This document shows positions 23,694 through 35,506 of a stretch of DNA of 64,000 nucleotides, in pieces (position 1 is the stretch's first letter; each line of letters starts with the position of its first letter). Source of the stretch: Escherichia coli. GTDB taxonomy: Bacteria; Pseudomonadota; Gammaproteobacteria; Enterobacterales; Enterobacteriaceae. The stretch lies in the NCBI RefSeq assembly GCF_001677475.2, contig NZ_CP015229.1, one strand, 5' to 3'. The notes below the pieces were generated by a model that saw only the letters and a program-made list of their open reading frames with translations, was not told the origin of the DNA and did no database searches. Both the position numbers and the translations under genes were made by a program.

Positions 23694-24823
23694 TATGCGC
23701 CCTCCCCAAGACCAGCAGCGATAGCGTCGCCGATTGCTTTCAGCGCCTGTTCAGCATCTGCACCCTGGGCGGTAAAGCGTAGGCGATGACCTTTCTTAAC
23801 GCCAAGTGCCACAACTTTCATCAGACTACGTCCGTTTGCCGGTTTGCCGGTGCCATCAAGGTTTGTCACGGTAATATCACTGTTAAATTGTTTAATGGTA
23901 TTGACCAGCATGGTACCTGGACGAGCATGCAGGCCGTGTTCATTGCGCACCACAAACTCCGCGCTTAACACGTCGTCGGTCGGCGCATCATCGCTGGTCA
24001 GCAGCGCCAGCAACGTTGCCGCATCCGCTTTCAGCAAGCGGTCAGCTTTATTGTCGAGTAACAAATCAGCGAGACGCTTTAGAACCGCAATGGGCTGATC
24101 GTCATTCATCGCCACACTCACCAGCATGGCTGCCGTTTCGCCGTCCACATCAAAAGTATTTGCCGCACGGCTTACCGCAATCGCGCTACGCAGATTGCCT
24201 TCGGCGCTATCGCTCAGCCAGATACCCTGTCCGAGGTTCAGCGGTTGTTCATTGATGGCTTTGGTGACGAAAGTGGCGTCAACTGCCCCCGCCTCTTTCA
24301 GACGCGCAGCGTTCAGCGCCTGAAGAGTCAGCAGATCGCTGGTGACGATATCCAGCGTCAGCATTTCGTTGTCGAGCTTCAGCTGCTCACTCTGCTTTTC
24401 GCCCATCAGCAATGCGCGAAGTTCTTCTGCTGTTGTTGCTGACTTCAGTTGTTCAGCAACGGAATCATCGCTCAGTACGTGGGTCAGCTGGCGTAGCAGG
24501 CCCAGATGCTCATCCGAGCTGGCAGCAATACCGATCGCTACGTACGCTACCTGACCGTCACCCCAAGTGACGCCTTCCGGGAACTGAAATACCTGAACGC
24601 CGGTTTTCAGCACCTGATCGCGGGTGTCGGTAGTGCCGTGTGGAATAGCAATACCATTGCCGAGGAACGTTGAGGTTTGCTGTTCGCGCGCCAGCATGCC
24701 ATTGACGTAGCCTTCTGCTACATTACCGGCCTGCACCAGCGCCGCAGCGACCTGGCGAATCGCCTCTTCTTTGTCTCCGGCCTTTTCGCCCGGATGGATG
24801 TCCTGTACGGATAACTGGAACAT
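23693..24823 (-). CDS. fruB: PTS fructose-specific EIIA/FPr multiphosphoryl transfer protein
   Basis: 376-aa ORF matching FruB. Its stop overlaps the fruK start. Confidence 0.97.
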   Translation of the reverse strand: MFQLSVQDIHPGEKAGDKEEAIRQVAAALVQAGNVAEGYVNGMLAREQQTSTFLGNGIAIPHGTTDTRDQVLKTGVQVFQFPEGVTWGDGQVAYVAIGIAASSDEHLGLLRQLTHVLSDDSVAEQLKSATTAEELRALLMGEKQSEQLKLDNEMLTLDIVTSDLLTLQALNAARLKEAGAVDATFVTKAINEQPLNLGQGIWLSDSAEGNLRSAIAVSRAANTFDVDGETAAMLVSVAMNDDQPIAVLKRLADLLLDNKADRLLKADAATLLALLTSDDAPTDDVLSAEFVVRNEHGLHARPGTMLVNTIKQFNSDITVTNLDGTGKPANGRSLMKVVALGVKKGHRLRFTAQGADAEQALKAIGDAIAAGLGEGA

Positions 24824-24837
24824 AGTTCTCCTCTCTT

Positions 24838-24858
24838 GCTGAATTGAAACGATTCAGC
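24838..24858. promoter_or_regulatory. Cra (FruR) operator O1 of fruBKA
   Basis: GCTGAATTGAAACGATTCAGC (coding-strand GCTGAATCGTTTCAATTCAGC) is a 21-bp imperfect palindrome just upstream of the fruB SD and fits the Cra consensus GCTGAAWCGWTTCA. Confidence 0.8.
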
Positions 24859-24909
24859 TTCTATGAGAAAAAAAGCGCCAACCTGGCTTAGGGTTAAAGA
24901 CAAGATCGC

Positions 24910-24923
24910 GCTGAAACGTTTCA
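24910..24923. promoter_or_regulatory. Cra (FruR) operator O2 of fruBKA
   Basis: GCTGAAACGTTTCA is an exact Cra consensus half-palindrome pair, about 90 bp upstream of the fruB ATG. Confidence 0.8.
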
Positions 24924-25190
24924 AGAAAGCATAATACTTCTGTTTCAGCACGCAAGGAAAGCCGTAAAGTTATGAGCAAAAGTTTGATGTGCTGCACAAT
25001 TTTTTGTCATTTTTCCTAATTGCTGATGGGAAAATCCGTTATCAGCAATTTCATTTCAGCAGCGTCAGCAGCCAATCAGCAACAGTGAAATGGCATTTTG
25101 ATTATTCGTGGCGCTTTTGATTTCGCTGCCTGTTTATTTTCTGACAAGCAGCGTAAACTCCGCGTCTTCCTCTTCCAGTGATCGACCAGC

Positions 25191-26372
25191 ATGCATAACT
25201 CCCCCGCAGTCTCCAGCGCGAAATCGTTTGATCTGACCTCGACGGCGTTTTTAATCGTTGCCTTTCTCACCGGTATTGCGGGCGCTCTGCAAACCCCGAC
25301 ACTCAGTATTTTTCTTACTGATGAAGTACATGCCCGTCCGGCGATGGTGGGATTCTTCTTTACCGGCAGCGCTGTCATTGGGATTCTGGTAAGTCAGTTT
25401 CTCGCCGGGCGCTCTGATAAGCGCGGCGATCGCAAATCGCTGATTGTCTTTTGCTGCCTGTTAGGCGTGCTGGCCTGCACCCTTTTTGCCTGGAATCGCA
25501 ACTACTTTGTTTTGCTATTCGTTGGCGTCTTTCTTAGCAGCTTTGGCTCGACCGCTAACCCGCAAATGTTTGCCCTTGCCCGTGAACATGCCGACAAAAC
25601 CGGACGTGAGGCGGTGATGTTCAGCTCTTTTTTACGTGCTCAGGTTTCACTGGCATGGGTCATTGGCCCACCGCTGGCTTATGCCTTAGCGATGGGTTTC
25701 AGCTTTACGGTAATGTATCTGAGCGCAGCGGTAGCATTTATTGTTTGCGGCGTGATGGTGTGGCTGTTTTTACCGTCGATGCAAAAAGAGCTTCCGCTGG
25801 CGACCGGCACGGTTGAAGCGCCGCGCCGTAACCGTCGCGATACGCTGCTGCTGTTTGTCATTTGTACATTGATGTGGGGCTCGAACAGCCTGTACATCAT
25901 CAACATGCCGCTATTTATTATCAACGAACTGCATCTTCCCGAGAAACTGGCCGGTGTGATGATGGGGACCGCCGCCGGGCTGGAAATCCCGACGATGTTG
26001 ATTGCCGGATATTTTGCCAAACGTCTGGGTAAGCGTTTCTTAATGCGCGTTGCCGCCGTGGGTGGCGTCTGTTTTTACGCAGGTATGCTGATGGCGCATT
26101 CACCTGTCATTCTGTTGGGCTTGCAACTGCTAAATGCTATTTTTATTGGCATTCTGGGCGGCATCGGGATGCTCTATTTTCAGGATTTGATGCCCGGTCA
26201 GGCAGGTTCAGCCACCACGCTCTATACCAACACGTCGCGCGTGGGCTGGATCATCGCAGGATCAGTGGCGGGCATCGTCGCCGAGATCTGGAATTATCAC
26301 GCTGTGTTCTGGTTTGCGATGGTGATGATTATCGCCACTCTGTTTTGCTTACTGCGGATTAAAGATGTTTAA
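25191..26372 (+). CDS. setB: Sugar efflux transporter B (MFS)
   Basis: 393-aa 12-TM ORF matching SetB. Confidence 0.95.
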   Translation: MHNSPAVSSAKSFDLTSTAFLIVAFLTGIAGALQTPTLSIFLTDEVHARPAMVGFFFTGSAVIGILVSQFLAGRSDKRGDRKSLIVFCCLLGVLACTLFAWNRNYFVLLFVGVFLSSFGSTANPQMFALAREHADKTGREAVMFSSFLRAQVSLAWVIGPPLAYALAMGFSFTVMYLSAAVAFIVCGVMVWLFLPSMQKELPLATGTVEAPRRNRRDTLLLFVICTLMWGSNSLYIINMPLFIINELHLPEKLAGVMMGTAAGLEIPTMLIAGYFAKRLGKRFLMRVAAVGGVCFYAGMLMAHSPVILLGLQLLNAIFIGILGGIGMLYFQDLMPGQAGSATTLYTNTSRVGWIIAGSVAGIVAEIWNYHAVFWFAMVMIIATLFCLLRIKDV

Positions 26373-26623
26373 GGCGCGGTCAGGATTTCCAGATCGATAA
26401 GCCAGGTCATTGCCTGCTGACGCGAGTTACCGCACATTTCAGCGCTGGCTTGTAAGCCTGCACAGACTTTCGGTCGCAGTGGCGAGGTGAAAATTTTACA
26501 GCGTTGCTGTTCATCAAGCTGAATGCAGGGCGTATTGGCGGGCTTGCCATCTGGCATACCGGGAATAGGGCTGGAAATTGAAGGGGCAGTGCAACACGCC
26601 CCGCAACCCGGACGGCATTCCAT
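26369..26623 (-). CDS. yeiW: Small cysteine-rich protein YeiW (UPF0153)
   Basis: I chose the internal start [22 protein letters not shown]... (84 aa), as in K-12. The 128-aa longest ORF would run into the yeiP promoter region. Confidence 0.85.
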
Positions 26624-26777
26624 ACGTTGTTCTCTTAAGGTTAACCACCGGATTGATGAGCGCGCACAGTACCACCTTTTTTGCACCAGCAAAAGTGCGA
26701 ATACCACTTGCCCGAAAGGCCCGTCGCGAGTACTTTGTCGCGATATTTTTGACATTTTCGACTACAGGAATTTTTCG

Positions 26778-27350
26778 ATGCCAAGAGCGAACGAAATTAA
26801 AAAAGGTATGGTACTGAATTACAACGGCAAACTGCTGCTGGTTAAGGATATTGATATTCAGTCGCCCACTGCCCGCGGTGCCGCTACGCTGTACAAAATG
26901 CGTTTTTCTGATGTCCGTACCGGGCTGAAAGTAGAAGAGCGTTTCAAAGGTGATGATATCGTTGACACCGTGACGCTGACCCGCCGTTACGTTGACTTCT
27001 CCTATGTCGATGGCAACGAATATGTCTTTATGGATAAAGAAGACTATACCCCGTATACCTTCACCAAAGATCAGATTGAAGAAGAGTTGCTGTTTATGCC
27101 AGAGGGCGGCATGCCGGACATGCAGGTGCTGACCTGGGACGGTCAACTGCTGGCGCTTGAGCTGCCGCAGACCGTTGATCTGGAAATCGTTGAAACCGCA
27201 CCAGGCATCAAAGGGGCATCTGCCAGCGCCCGTAACAAACCGGCGACATTGAGCACTGGTCTGGTGATTCAGGTACCAGAATACTTAAGCCCGGGCGAAA
27301 AAATTCGTATCCATATCGAAGAACGCCGTTATATGGGGCGTGCTGACTAA
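26778..27350 (+). CDS. yeiP: Elongation factor P-like protein
   Basis: I chose the start [22 protein letters not shown] (190 aa, EF-P fold). The longest-ORF start at 26523 overlaps yeiW and is not credible. Confidence 0.93.
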
Positions 27351-27572
27351 CTTCAGCCGCATGCAGAAAAGGGATAGCTCAGGCTGTCCCTTTTTTAATT
27401 TATTATACCAATCTTCTATTTTGCGCTTCCTGAACACCTTACACCCGCAATTTTCACTCGTGGATTGATCGCCCTCACACTTCATCGCATTAACAATCCA
27501 GACCAATTTCAATTGCTGTCATATAACTTTACACTGTCATTGTTAATTAATCGTTACTAAGACGTGACCCCT

Positions 27573-29039
27573 ATGAATACAATCGCCTCCGTTACGCTCC
27601 CGCATCATGTACACGCTCCACGCTACGATCGCCAGCAGTTGCAATCACGTATCGTTCATTTTGGCTTTGGAGCCTTTCACCGCGCACATCAGGCGTTACT
27701 GACCGATCGTGTGCTGAATGCCCAGGGCGGTGACTGGGGGATCTGTGAAATCAGCTTGTTCAGCGGTGATCAACTGATGAGCCAGCTCCGCGCACAGAAC
27801 CATTTATATACCGTGCTGGAGAAAGGTGCGGACGGCAATCAGGCGATAATTGTCGGTGCCGTTCACGAATGTCTGAATGCAAAACTGGATTCCTTAGCGG
27901 CAATTATTGAGAAATTTTGCGAGCCACAGGTGGCAATTGTTTCCCTGACGATTACCGAAAAAGGCTATTGTATTGACCCGGCCACCGGTGCACTCGACAC
28001 CAGCAATCCGCGGATTATTCACGATCTACAAAACCCTGAAGAACCTCACTCCGCGCCAGGTATTCTCGTCGAAGCACTGAAACGCCGCCGTGAGCGCGGC
28101 CTTACACCGTTTACCGTGCTCTCCTGCGACAATATTCCCGACAATGGCCATGTGGTGAAAAACGCGGTGCTGGGAATGGCAGAAAAACGTTCGCCAGAAC
28201 TCGCCGGGTGGATAAAAGAACACGTCAGTTTTCCGGGAACCATGGTCGACCGCATTGTTCCGGCTGCAACCGACGAATCACTGGCAGAAATCAGCCAGCA
28301 TCTGGGGGTAAATGATCCCTGCGCGATTAGCTGCGAACCGTTTATCCAGTGGGTGGTGGAAGATAACTTCGTCGCTGGGCGTCCTGCCTGGGAAGTCGCA
28401 GGTGTACAAATGGTGAATGATGTCCTGCCATGGGAAGAAATGAAACTGCGGATGCTTAATGGCAGCCACTCTTTTCTCGCTTATCTGGGTTACCTCTCAG
28501 GATTCGCCCATATCAGTGATTGCATGCAGGATCGCGCATTTCGCCATGCCGCCAGAACATTAATGCTGGATGAGCAAGCGCCGACACTGCGGATTAAAGA
28601 TGTCGATTTAACACAATATGCGGATAAGTTAATTGCACGTTTTGCTAATCCGGCGCTGAAACATAAGACCTGGCAAATCGCAATGGATGGTAGCCAGAAA
28701 TTACCGCAACGTATGCTGGCAGGTATTCGCATACATCTGGGGCGCGAAACGGACTGGTCGTTGCTGGCATTAGGCGTTGCAGGCTGGATGCGTTACGTCA
28801 GCGGCGTTGATGATGCCGGAAATGCCATTGATGTTCGCGATCCGCTTAGCGATAAAATTCGCGATCTTGTTGCGGGCAGCAGCAGTGAGCAACGCGTCAC
28901 CGCCCTGCTTTCCCTGCGTGAAGTTTTCGGTGATGATCTGCCAGATAACCCGCATTTTGAGCAGGCCATCGAACAAGCCTGGCAACAAATCTCACAATTC
29001 GGCGCGCATCAGGCGCTATTAAACACCCTCAAAATTTAA
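27573..29039 (+). CDS. yeiQ: Putative mannitol/fructuronate-type dehydrogenase
   Basis: 488-aa ORF from MNTIASVTLPHH... with the N-terminal Rossmann motif HFGFGAFHRAHQ. It matches YeiQ. Confidence 0.92.
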   Translation: MNTIASVTLPHHVHAPRYDRQQLQSRIVHFGFGAFHRAHQALLTDRVLNAQGGDWGICEISLFSGDQLMSQLRAQNHLYTVLEKGADGNQAIIVGAVHECLNAKLDSLAAIIEKFCEPQVAIVSLTITEKGYCIDPATGALDTSNPRIIHDLQNPEEPHSAPGILVEALKRRRERGLTPFTVLSCDNIPDNGHVVKNAVLGMAEKRSPELAGWIKEHVSFPGTMVDRIVPAATDESLAEISQHLGVNDPCAISCEPFIQWVVEDNFVAGRPAWEVAGVQMVNDVLPWEEMKLRMLNGSHSFLAYLGYLSGFAHISDCMQDRAFRHAARTLMLDEQAPTLRIKDVDLTQYADKLIARFANPALKHKTWQIAMDGSQKLPQRMLAGIRIHLGRETDWSLLALGVAGWMRYVSGVDDAGNAIDVRDPLSDKIRDLVAGSSSEQRVTALLSLREVFGDDLPDNPHFEQAIEQAWQQISQFGAHQALLNTLKI

Positions 29040-29156
29040 CGATTTCTGCGGTTAAAGCGGATGAAGCTCGCCTTCGTCCGCTCTCCCCTTCTCTTTTCTG
29101 CCATTTTTAGCCAGGATTAACGCTCAGTTAACTTACCAGTGTATTGCGGAGCCGTT

Positions 29157-30143
29157 GTGACCAGGACCAACCTCATCACCGGTTTTCTCGGCAGCGGGAA
29201 AACTACGTCGATTCTTCATCTGTTAGCCCATAAAGATCCCAACGAAAAATGGGCGGTACTGGTTAATGAATTTGGGGAAGTCGGAATTGATGGTGCTTTG
29301 CTCGCCGATAGCGGCGCACTGCTGAAAGAGATCCCCGGCGGCTGCATGTGCTGCGTTAATGGTTTACCCATGCAGGTAGGGTTGAATACCTTACTGCGTC
29401 AGGGAAAACCAGACCGCTTGTTGATAGAGCCGACCGGGCTGGGCCATCCGAAACAGATCCTCGATCTCTTAACCGCACCAGTCTATGAACCGTGGATAGA
29501 TCTGCGCGCCACGTTGTGCATTCTCGATCCACGCCTGCTGCTGGACGAAAAAAGCGCCAGCAATGAAAACTTCCGTGACCAGCTGGCTGCCGCAGACATT
29601 ATTGTCGCCAATAAATCCGACCGTGCGACGCCCGAAAGTGAGCAAGCGCTACAGCGCTGGTGGCAGCAAAATGGTGGCGATCGGCAATTAATTCACAGTG
29701 AGCATGGGAAAGTTGACGGTCATCTTCTGGATTTGCCGCGTCGCAATTTAGCCGAGTTGCCCGCCAGCGCCGCGCATTCTCATCAGCATGGCGTGAAAAA
29801 AGGGTTAGCAGCGTTAAGCCTGCCAGAGCATCAACGCTGGCGTCGCAGTCTGAACAGCGGGCAAGGATATCAGGCCTGCGGCTGGATATTCGACGCTGAT
29901 ACGGTATTCGACACCATTGGCATTCTGGAATGGGCGCGACTTGCACCGGTGGAACGCGTCAAAGGCGTGCTGCGTATTCCCGAAGGGCTGGTGCGAATCA
30001 ACCGTCAGGGCGATGACCTGCACATTGAAACGCAAAACGTTGCGCCACCGGACAGTCGTATTGAGCTGATTTCCGGCAGCGAAGCTGACTGGAATGCCTT
30101 GCAGAGCGCGCTGTTGAAGCTTCGTTTAGCGACTACCGCGTAA
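29157..30143 (+). CDS. yeiR: COG0523-family zinc-binding GTPase
   Basis: GTG start giving (M)TRTNLITGFLGSGKTT (P-loop) and the GCMCC metal motif, 328 aa. It matches YeiR. Confidence 0.92.
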   Translation: MTRTNLITGFLGSGKTTSILHLLAHKDPNEKWAVLVNEFGEVGIDGALLADSGALLKEIPGGCMCCVNGLPMQVGLNTLLRQGKPDRLLIEPTGLGHPKQILDLLTAPVYEPWIDLRATLCILDPRLLLDEKSASNENFRDQLAAADIIVANKSDRATPESEQALQRWWQQNGGDRQLIHSEHGKVDGHLLDLPRRNLAELPASAAHSHQHGVKKGLAALSLPEHQRWRRSLNSGQGYQACGWIFDADTVFDTIGILEWARLAPVERVKGVLRIPEGLVRINRQGDDLHIETQNVAPPDSRIELISGSEADWNALQSALLKLRLATTA

Positions 30144-30181
30144 GGTTGCCTGCGTTTTTCAGTAAGATAATTAGAGAAAAT

Positions 30182-30895
30182 ATGATTAAAAATTTGCCGC
30201 AAATAGTGTTGTTGAATATTGTCGGCCTCGCGCTGTTTCTTTCCTGGTATATTCCCGTTAATCATGGATTCTGGTTGCCGATTGATGCGGATATTTTTTA
30301 TTTCTTTAATCAGAAACTGGTCGAAAGTAAGGCCTTTTTGTGGCTGGTTGCATTGACCAACAATCGCGCTTTCGACGGTTGTTCACTGCTGGCGATGGGA
30401 ATGTTGATGCTGAGTTTCTGGCTGAAAGAAAACTCCCCTGGCAGGCGACGTATCGTGATCATTGGTCTGGTCATGCTATTAACTGCAGTGGTATTAAACC
30501 AGCTGGGTCAGGCATTAATTCCTGTAAAACGGGCCAGCCCAACATTGACTTTTACCGATATTAACCGCGTTAGCGAACTGCTCTCTGTTCCCACGAAAGA
30601 TGCCTCACGAGATAGCTTTCCCGGCGATCACGGCATGATGCTGCTTATTTTTTCGGCATTCATATGGCGTTATTTCGGCAAAGTTGCAGGCCTTATCGCC
30701 CTTATTATTTTTGTGGTTTTTGCATTTCCCAGAGTAATGATTGGCGCACACTGGTTTACTGACATCATTGTCGGTTCGATGACCGTGATATTGATCGGTT
30801 TGCCCTGGGTGTTGCTGACGCCATTAAGTGATCGATTAATCACCTTTTTTGACAAATCACTACCGGGAAAAAACAAACATTTCCAAAACAAATAA
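30182..30895 (+). CDS. lpxT: Lipid A 1-diphosphate synthase (undecaprenyl-PP phosphotransferase, PAP2 family)
   Basis: 237-aa membrane ORF from MIKNLPQIVLLNIVG..., with the PAP2 motif PGDHG. It matches LpxT (YeiU). Confidence 0.92.
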   Translation: MIKNLPQIVLLNIVGLALFLSWYIPVNHGFWLPIDADIFYFFNQKLVESKAFLWLVALTNNRAFDGCSLLAMGMLMLSFWLKENSPGRRRIVIIGLVMLLTAVVLNQLGQALIPVKRASPTLTFTDINRVSELLSVPTKDASRDSFPGDHGMMLLIFSAFIWRYFGKVAGLIALIIFVVFAFPRVMIGAHWFTDIIVGSMTVILIGLPWVLLTPLSDRLITFFDKSLPGKNKHFQNK

Positions 30896-31306
30896 CTCAC
30901 AGTAATTAACATCATCAGGGTTATTTTTATAGTGAGGATAATCCTGATGATGCGCGTCGTGCTTTCATCCATCGAACGCAAAAATCATTCTCTAAGTAAA
31001 TGAATGGATTGCATGCGTTACACTCAATCGTACTTTAATTGACCAATCCCGCTTATTAACTTTCTGTATCACTTTTTCTTATAAAAAATCATGTAAAACC
31101 GCTCGCCAAGACCGCACCAATCGGGTAATCTCGAACTCGTTTTGCCTCGGCGGTAGATTATCCTCACAGCATATAATTTTGTGCGTTAGTCCACAGATTT
31201 GGCCTTAAGGAATTGTTTCAACATGCCCAGGTAATTAGTCTCGTGTCGCTTGGCATTTTTTTATAACGATATTTGTCGTTAAGGACTTCAAGGGAAAACA
31301 AACAAC

Positions 31307-31873
31307 ATGGTCAAATCTCAACCGATTTTGAGATATATCTTGCGCGGGATCCCCGCGATTGCAGTAGCGGTTCTGCTTTCTGCATGTAGTGCAAATAACA
31401 CCGCAAAGAATATGCATCCTGAGACACGTGCAGTGGGTAGTGAAACATCATCACTGCAAGCTTCTCAGGATGAATTTGAAAACCTGGTTCGTAATGTCGA
31501 CGTAAAATCGCGAATTATGGATCAGTATGCTGACTGGAAAGGCGTACGTTATCGTCTGGGCGGCAGCACTAAAAAAGGTATCGATTGTTCTGGTTTCGTA
31601 CAGCGTACATTCCGTGAGCAATTTGGCTTAGAACTTCCGCGTTCGACTTACGAACAGCAGGAAATGGGTAAATCTGTTTCCCGCAGTAATTTGCGTACAG
31701 GTGATTTAGTTCTGTTCCGTGCCGGTTCAACGGGACGCCATGTCGGTATTTATATCGGCAACAATCAGTTTGTCCATGCTTCCACCAGCAGTGGTGTTAT
31801 TATTTCCAGCATGAATGAACCGTACTGGAAGAAGCGTTACAACGAAGCACGCCGGGTTCTCAGCCGCAGCTAA
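31307..31873 (+). CDS. mepS: Murein DD-endopeptidase / LD-carboxypeptidase lipoprotein (NlpC/P60)
   Basis: 188-aa ORF with the lipobox LLSAC and the NlpC/P60 catalytic motif GIDCSGF. It matches MepS (Spr). Confidence 0.96.
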
Positions 31874-32053
31874 TAAACCGTTTGGATGCAATCCCTTGGC
31901 TATCCTGACGAGTTAACTGAAAGCACTGCTTAGGCAGTGCTTTTTTGTTTTCATTCATCAGAGAAAATGATGTTTCCGCGTCTTGATCCAGGCTATAGTC
32001 CGGTCATTGTTATCTTTTAAATGTTGTCGTAATTTCAGGAAATTAACGGAATC

Positions 32054-33610
32054 ATGTTCATACGCGCTCCCAATTCTGGACGTAAGCTCCTGCTTACCTG
32101 CATTGTTGCAGGCGTGATGATTGCGATACTGGTGAGCTGCCTTCAGTTTTTAGTGGCCTGGCATAAGCACGAAGTCAAATACGACACACTGATTACCGAC
32201 GTACAAAAGTATCTCGATACCTATTTTGCCGACCTGAAATCCACTACTGACCGGCTCCAGCCGCTGACCTTAGATACCTGCCAGCAGGCTAACCCCGAAC
32301 TGACCGCCCGCGCGGCGTTTAGCATGAATGTCCGAACGTTTGTGCTGGTGAAAGATAAAAAAACATTCTGCTCATCTGCGACCGGTGAGATGGACATTCC
32401 ACTCAATGAATTGATTCCGGCGCTCGACATTAATAAAAACGTCGATATGGCGATCTTACCCGGCACGCCGATGGTGCCGAACAAACCCGCAATCGTCATC
32501 TGGTATCGCAACCCTTTGCTGAAAAATAGCGGCGTCTTTGCCGCTCTGAATCTCAACCTGACGCCTTCTCTCTATTATAGTTCAAGGCAGGAAGATTACG
32601 ATGGCGTCGCCCTCATTATTGGTAATACTGCGCTATCTACCTTTTCTTCACGTTTGATGAACGTTAATGAATTAACCGACTTGCCGGTCCGTGAAACTAA
32701 AATTGCGGGCATTCCTCTGACCGTTCGGCTTTATGCAGATGACTGGACATGGAACGATGTGTGGTACGCATTTTTACTGGGCGGCATGAGTGGAACTGTC
32801 GTTGGCCTGCTCTGCTATTACCTGATGAGCGTACGTATGCGCCCCGGCAGAGAAATCATGACCGCCATCAAGCGCGAACAATTTTACGTGGCGTATCAAC
32901 CGGTGGTGGATACACAAGCTTTGCGAGTAACGGGCCTGGAAGTACTGCTACGCTGGCGGCATCCTGTCGCGGGAGAAATTCCCCCGGATGCCTTCATTAA
33001 CTTTGCCGAATCGCAAAAGATGATTGTGCCGCTGACTCAGCACCTGTTTGAGTTGATTGCCCGCGATGCCGCAGAATTAGAAAAAGTGCTGCCGGTAGGC
33101 GTCAAATTTGGTATTAACATTGCGCCGGACCATCTGCACAGCGAAAGCTTTAAAGCAGATATCCAGAAACTGCTCACTTCCCTGCCCTCACACCATTTCC
33201 AGATTGTGCTGGAAATTACCGAGCGCGATATGCTGAAAGAGCAAGAAGCCACACAACTCTTCGCCTGGCTACACTCGGTCGGCGTAGAAATTGCTATTGA
33301 TGACTTCGGTACCGGGCACAGCGCGCTTATCTACCTTGAGCGTTTTACGCTCGATTATCTGAAAATTGACCGTGGATTTATCAACGCCATCGGTACGGAA
33401 ACGATCACTTCACCCGTACTTGACGCGGTGCTGACGCTGGCGAAACGTCTCAATATGCTGACGGTTGCTGAAGGGGTCGAAACGCCGGAACAGGCGCGAT
33501 GGCTAAGCGAACGCGGCGTTAATTTCATGCAAGGCTACTGGATTAGTCGCCCGTTACCGCTGGACGATTTTGTTCGCTGGCTGAAGAATCCGTATACGCC
33601 GCAGTGGTAA
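32054..33610 (+). CDS. pdeN: c-di-GMP phosphodiesterase (CSS-motif sensor plus EAL domain)
   Basis: 518-aa ORF with two TM segments flanking a periplasmic domain and a C-terminal EAL domain (EVLLRW...). It matches PdeN (Rtn). Confidence 0.93.
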   Translation: MFIRAPNSGRKLLLTCIVAGVMIAILVSCLQFLVAWHKHEVKYDTLITDVQKYLDTYFADLKSTTDRLQPLTLDTCQQANPELTARAAFSMNVRTFVLVKDKKTFCSSATGEMDIPLNELIPALDINKNVDMAILPGTPMVPNKPAIVIWYRNPLLKNSGVFAALNLNLTPSLYYSSRQEDYDGVALIIGNTALSTFSSRLMNVNELTDLPVRETKIAGIPLTVRLYADDWTWNDVWYAFLLGGMSGTVVGLLCYYLMSVRMRPGREIMTAIKREQFYVAYQPVVDTQALRVTGLEVLLRWRHPVAGEIPPDAFINFAESQKMIVPLTQHLFELIARDAAELEKVLPVGVKFGINIAPDHLHSESFKADIQKLLTSLPSHHFQIVLEITERDMLKEQEATQLFAWLHSVGVEIAIDDFGTGHSALIYLERFTLDYLKIDRGFINAIGTETITSPVLDAVLTLAKRLNMLTVAEGVETPEQARWLSERGVNFMQGYWISRPLPLDDFVRWLKNPYTPQW

Positions 33611-33691
33611 GGTGTGCTTACGTCCCTTATTATTCATAGTGAAAGCATGCCGGATTGCGGCTAATGATGAGTAAAAGGAAATCCGTTGCAG

Positions 33692-35506
33692 ATGATTGTG
33701 CGCATACTGCTGCTGTTTATCGCTCTGTTCACCTTTGGTGCGCAGGCGCAGGCTATCAAGGAAAGCTATGCCTTTGCCGTGCTGGGCGAACCCCGGTACG
33801 CGTTTAATTTCAACCATTTTGATTATGTGAACCCCGCCGCGCCAAAAGGTGGGCAGATAACGTTGTCAGCCCTCGGCACCTTCGATAATTTCAACCGCTA
33901 TGCACTGCGCGGCAACCCGGGCGCACGCACCGAGCAGCTGTACGACACGCTATTTACGACTTCCGATGACGAACCAGGCAGTTATTACCCGCTGATTGCT
34001 GAAAGCGCACGCTATGCTGACGATTATTCCTGGGTGGAGGTCGCTATTAATCCGCGCGCCCGTTTTCATGATGGTTCGCCCATTACTGCCCGCGATGTAG
34101 AGTTTACTTTTCAAAAATTTATGACCGAAGGCGTGCCGCAATTTCGTCTGGTCTACAAAGGCACCACCGTCAAAGCCATTGCGCCGTTAACCGTGCGCAT
34201 TGAGTTATCTAAACCCGGCAAAGAAGATATGCTGAGTCTGTTTTCGCTGCCGGTATTTCCAGAAAAGTACTGGAAAGATCACAAACTTAGCGACCCGCTC
34301 GCCACGCCTCCGCTTGCCAGTGGTCCGTACCGCATTACGTCCTGGAAAATGGGACAAAATATTGTCTATTCTCGCGTGAAAGATTACTGGGCAGCAAACT
34401 TACCGGTAAACCGTGGACGCTGGAATTTCGACACCATTCGCTACGATTATTACCTCGATGATAATGTCGCCTTTGAAGCGTTTAAAGCAGGTGCCTTTGA
34501 TTTGCGTATGGAAAACGACGCTAAAAACTGGGCCACGCGCTATACCGGTAAAAATTTCGATAAAAAATACATCATCAAAGATGAGCAAAAGAACGAATCA
34601 GCCCAGGATACGCGCTGGCTGGCGTTTAATATCCAACGTCCGGTATTCAGCGATCGCCGGGTGCGGGAAGCAATCACCCTCGCCTTTGACTTTGAATGGA
34701 TGAACAAGGCGTTGTTTTACAACGCCTGGAGTCGCACGAACAGTTATTTTCAGAATACCGAATACGCGGCCAGAAATTACCCCGACGCCGCGGAGTTGGT
34801 GCTTCTGGCACCAATGAAAAAAGATCTACCGCCAGAAGTCTTCACGCAAATCTACCAGCCGCCGGTATCCAAAGGCGATGGCTACGATCGTGACAACCTG
34901 TTAAAAGCCGACAAACTTCTCAACGAAGCGGGCTGGGTGCTGAAGGGTCAGCAACGCGTAAATGCCACAACGGGTCAGCCACTCAGCTTTGAATTATTGC
35001 TTCCCGCAAGCAGCAATAGTCAGTGGGTATTGCCGTTCCAGCACAGCCTGCAACGGCTGGGTATCAACATGGACATTCGCAAGGTGGATAACTCGCAAAT
35101 CACCAACCGCATGCGCAGTCGCGACTATGACATGATGCCGCGCGTATGGCGGGCGATGCCGTGGCCCAGTTCCGATTTACAGATTTCCTGGTCATCGGAA
35201 TATATCAATTCCACTTATAATGCCCCCGGCGTGCAAAGCCCGGTTATCGACTCGCTGATCAACCAAATTATTGCCGCGCAGGGAAATAAAGAAAAATTAC
35301 TGCCGTTAGGGCGAGCACTGGATCGCGTATTAACGTGGAATTATTACATGCTGCCAATGTGGTACATGGCGGAAGACCGTCTCGCCTGGTGGGATAAATT
35401 CTCCCAACCCGCTGTGCGCCCTGTTTACAGCCTGGGTATCGATACCTGGTGGTATGATGTTAATAAAGCGGCCAAACTGCCGTCAGCCAGACAACAGGGA
35501 GAGTAG
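33692..35506 (+). CDS. yejA: Periplasmic binding protein of the YejABEF peptide/microcin C ABC importer
   Basis: 604-aa ORF from [21 protein letters not shown] (signal peptide), SBP family 5. Confidence 0.95.

Noticed and set aside
26514-27146. 210-aa minus-strand ORF, and the N-terminally extended versions of yeiW (128 aa) and yeiP (275 aa)
   Set aside because: The known 84-aa YeiW and 190-aa YeiP starts explain the region. The extensions overlap each other across the divergent promoter and lack RBSs.
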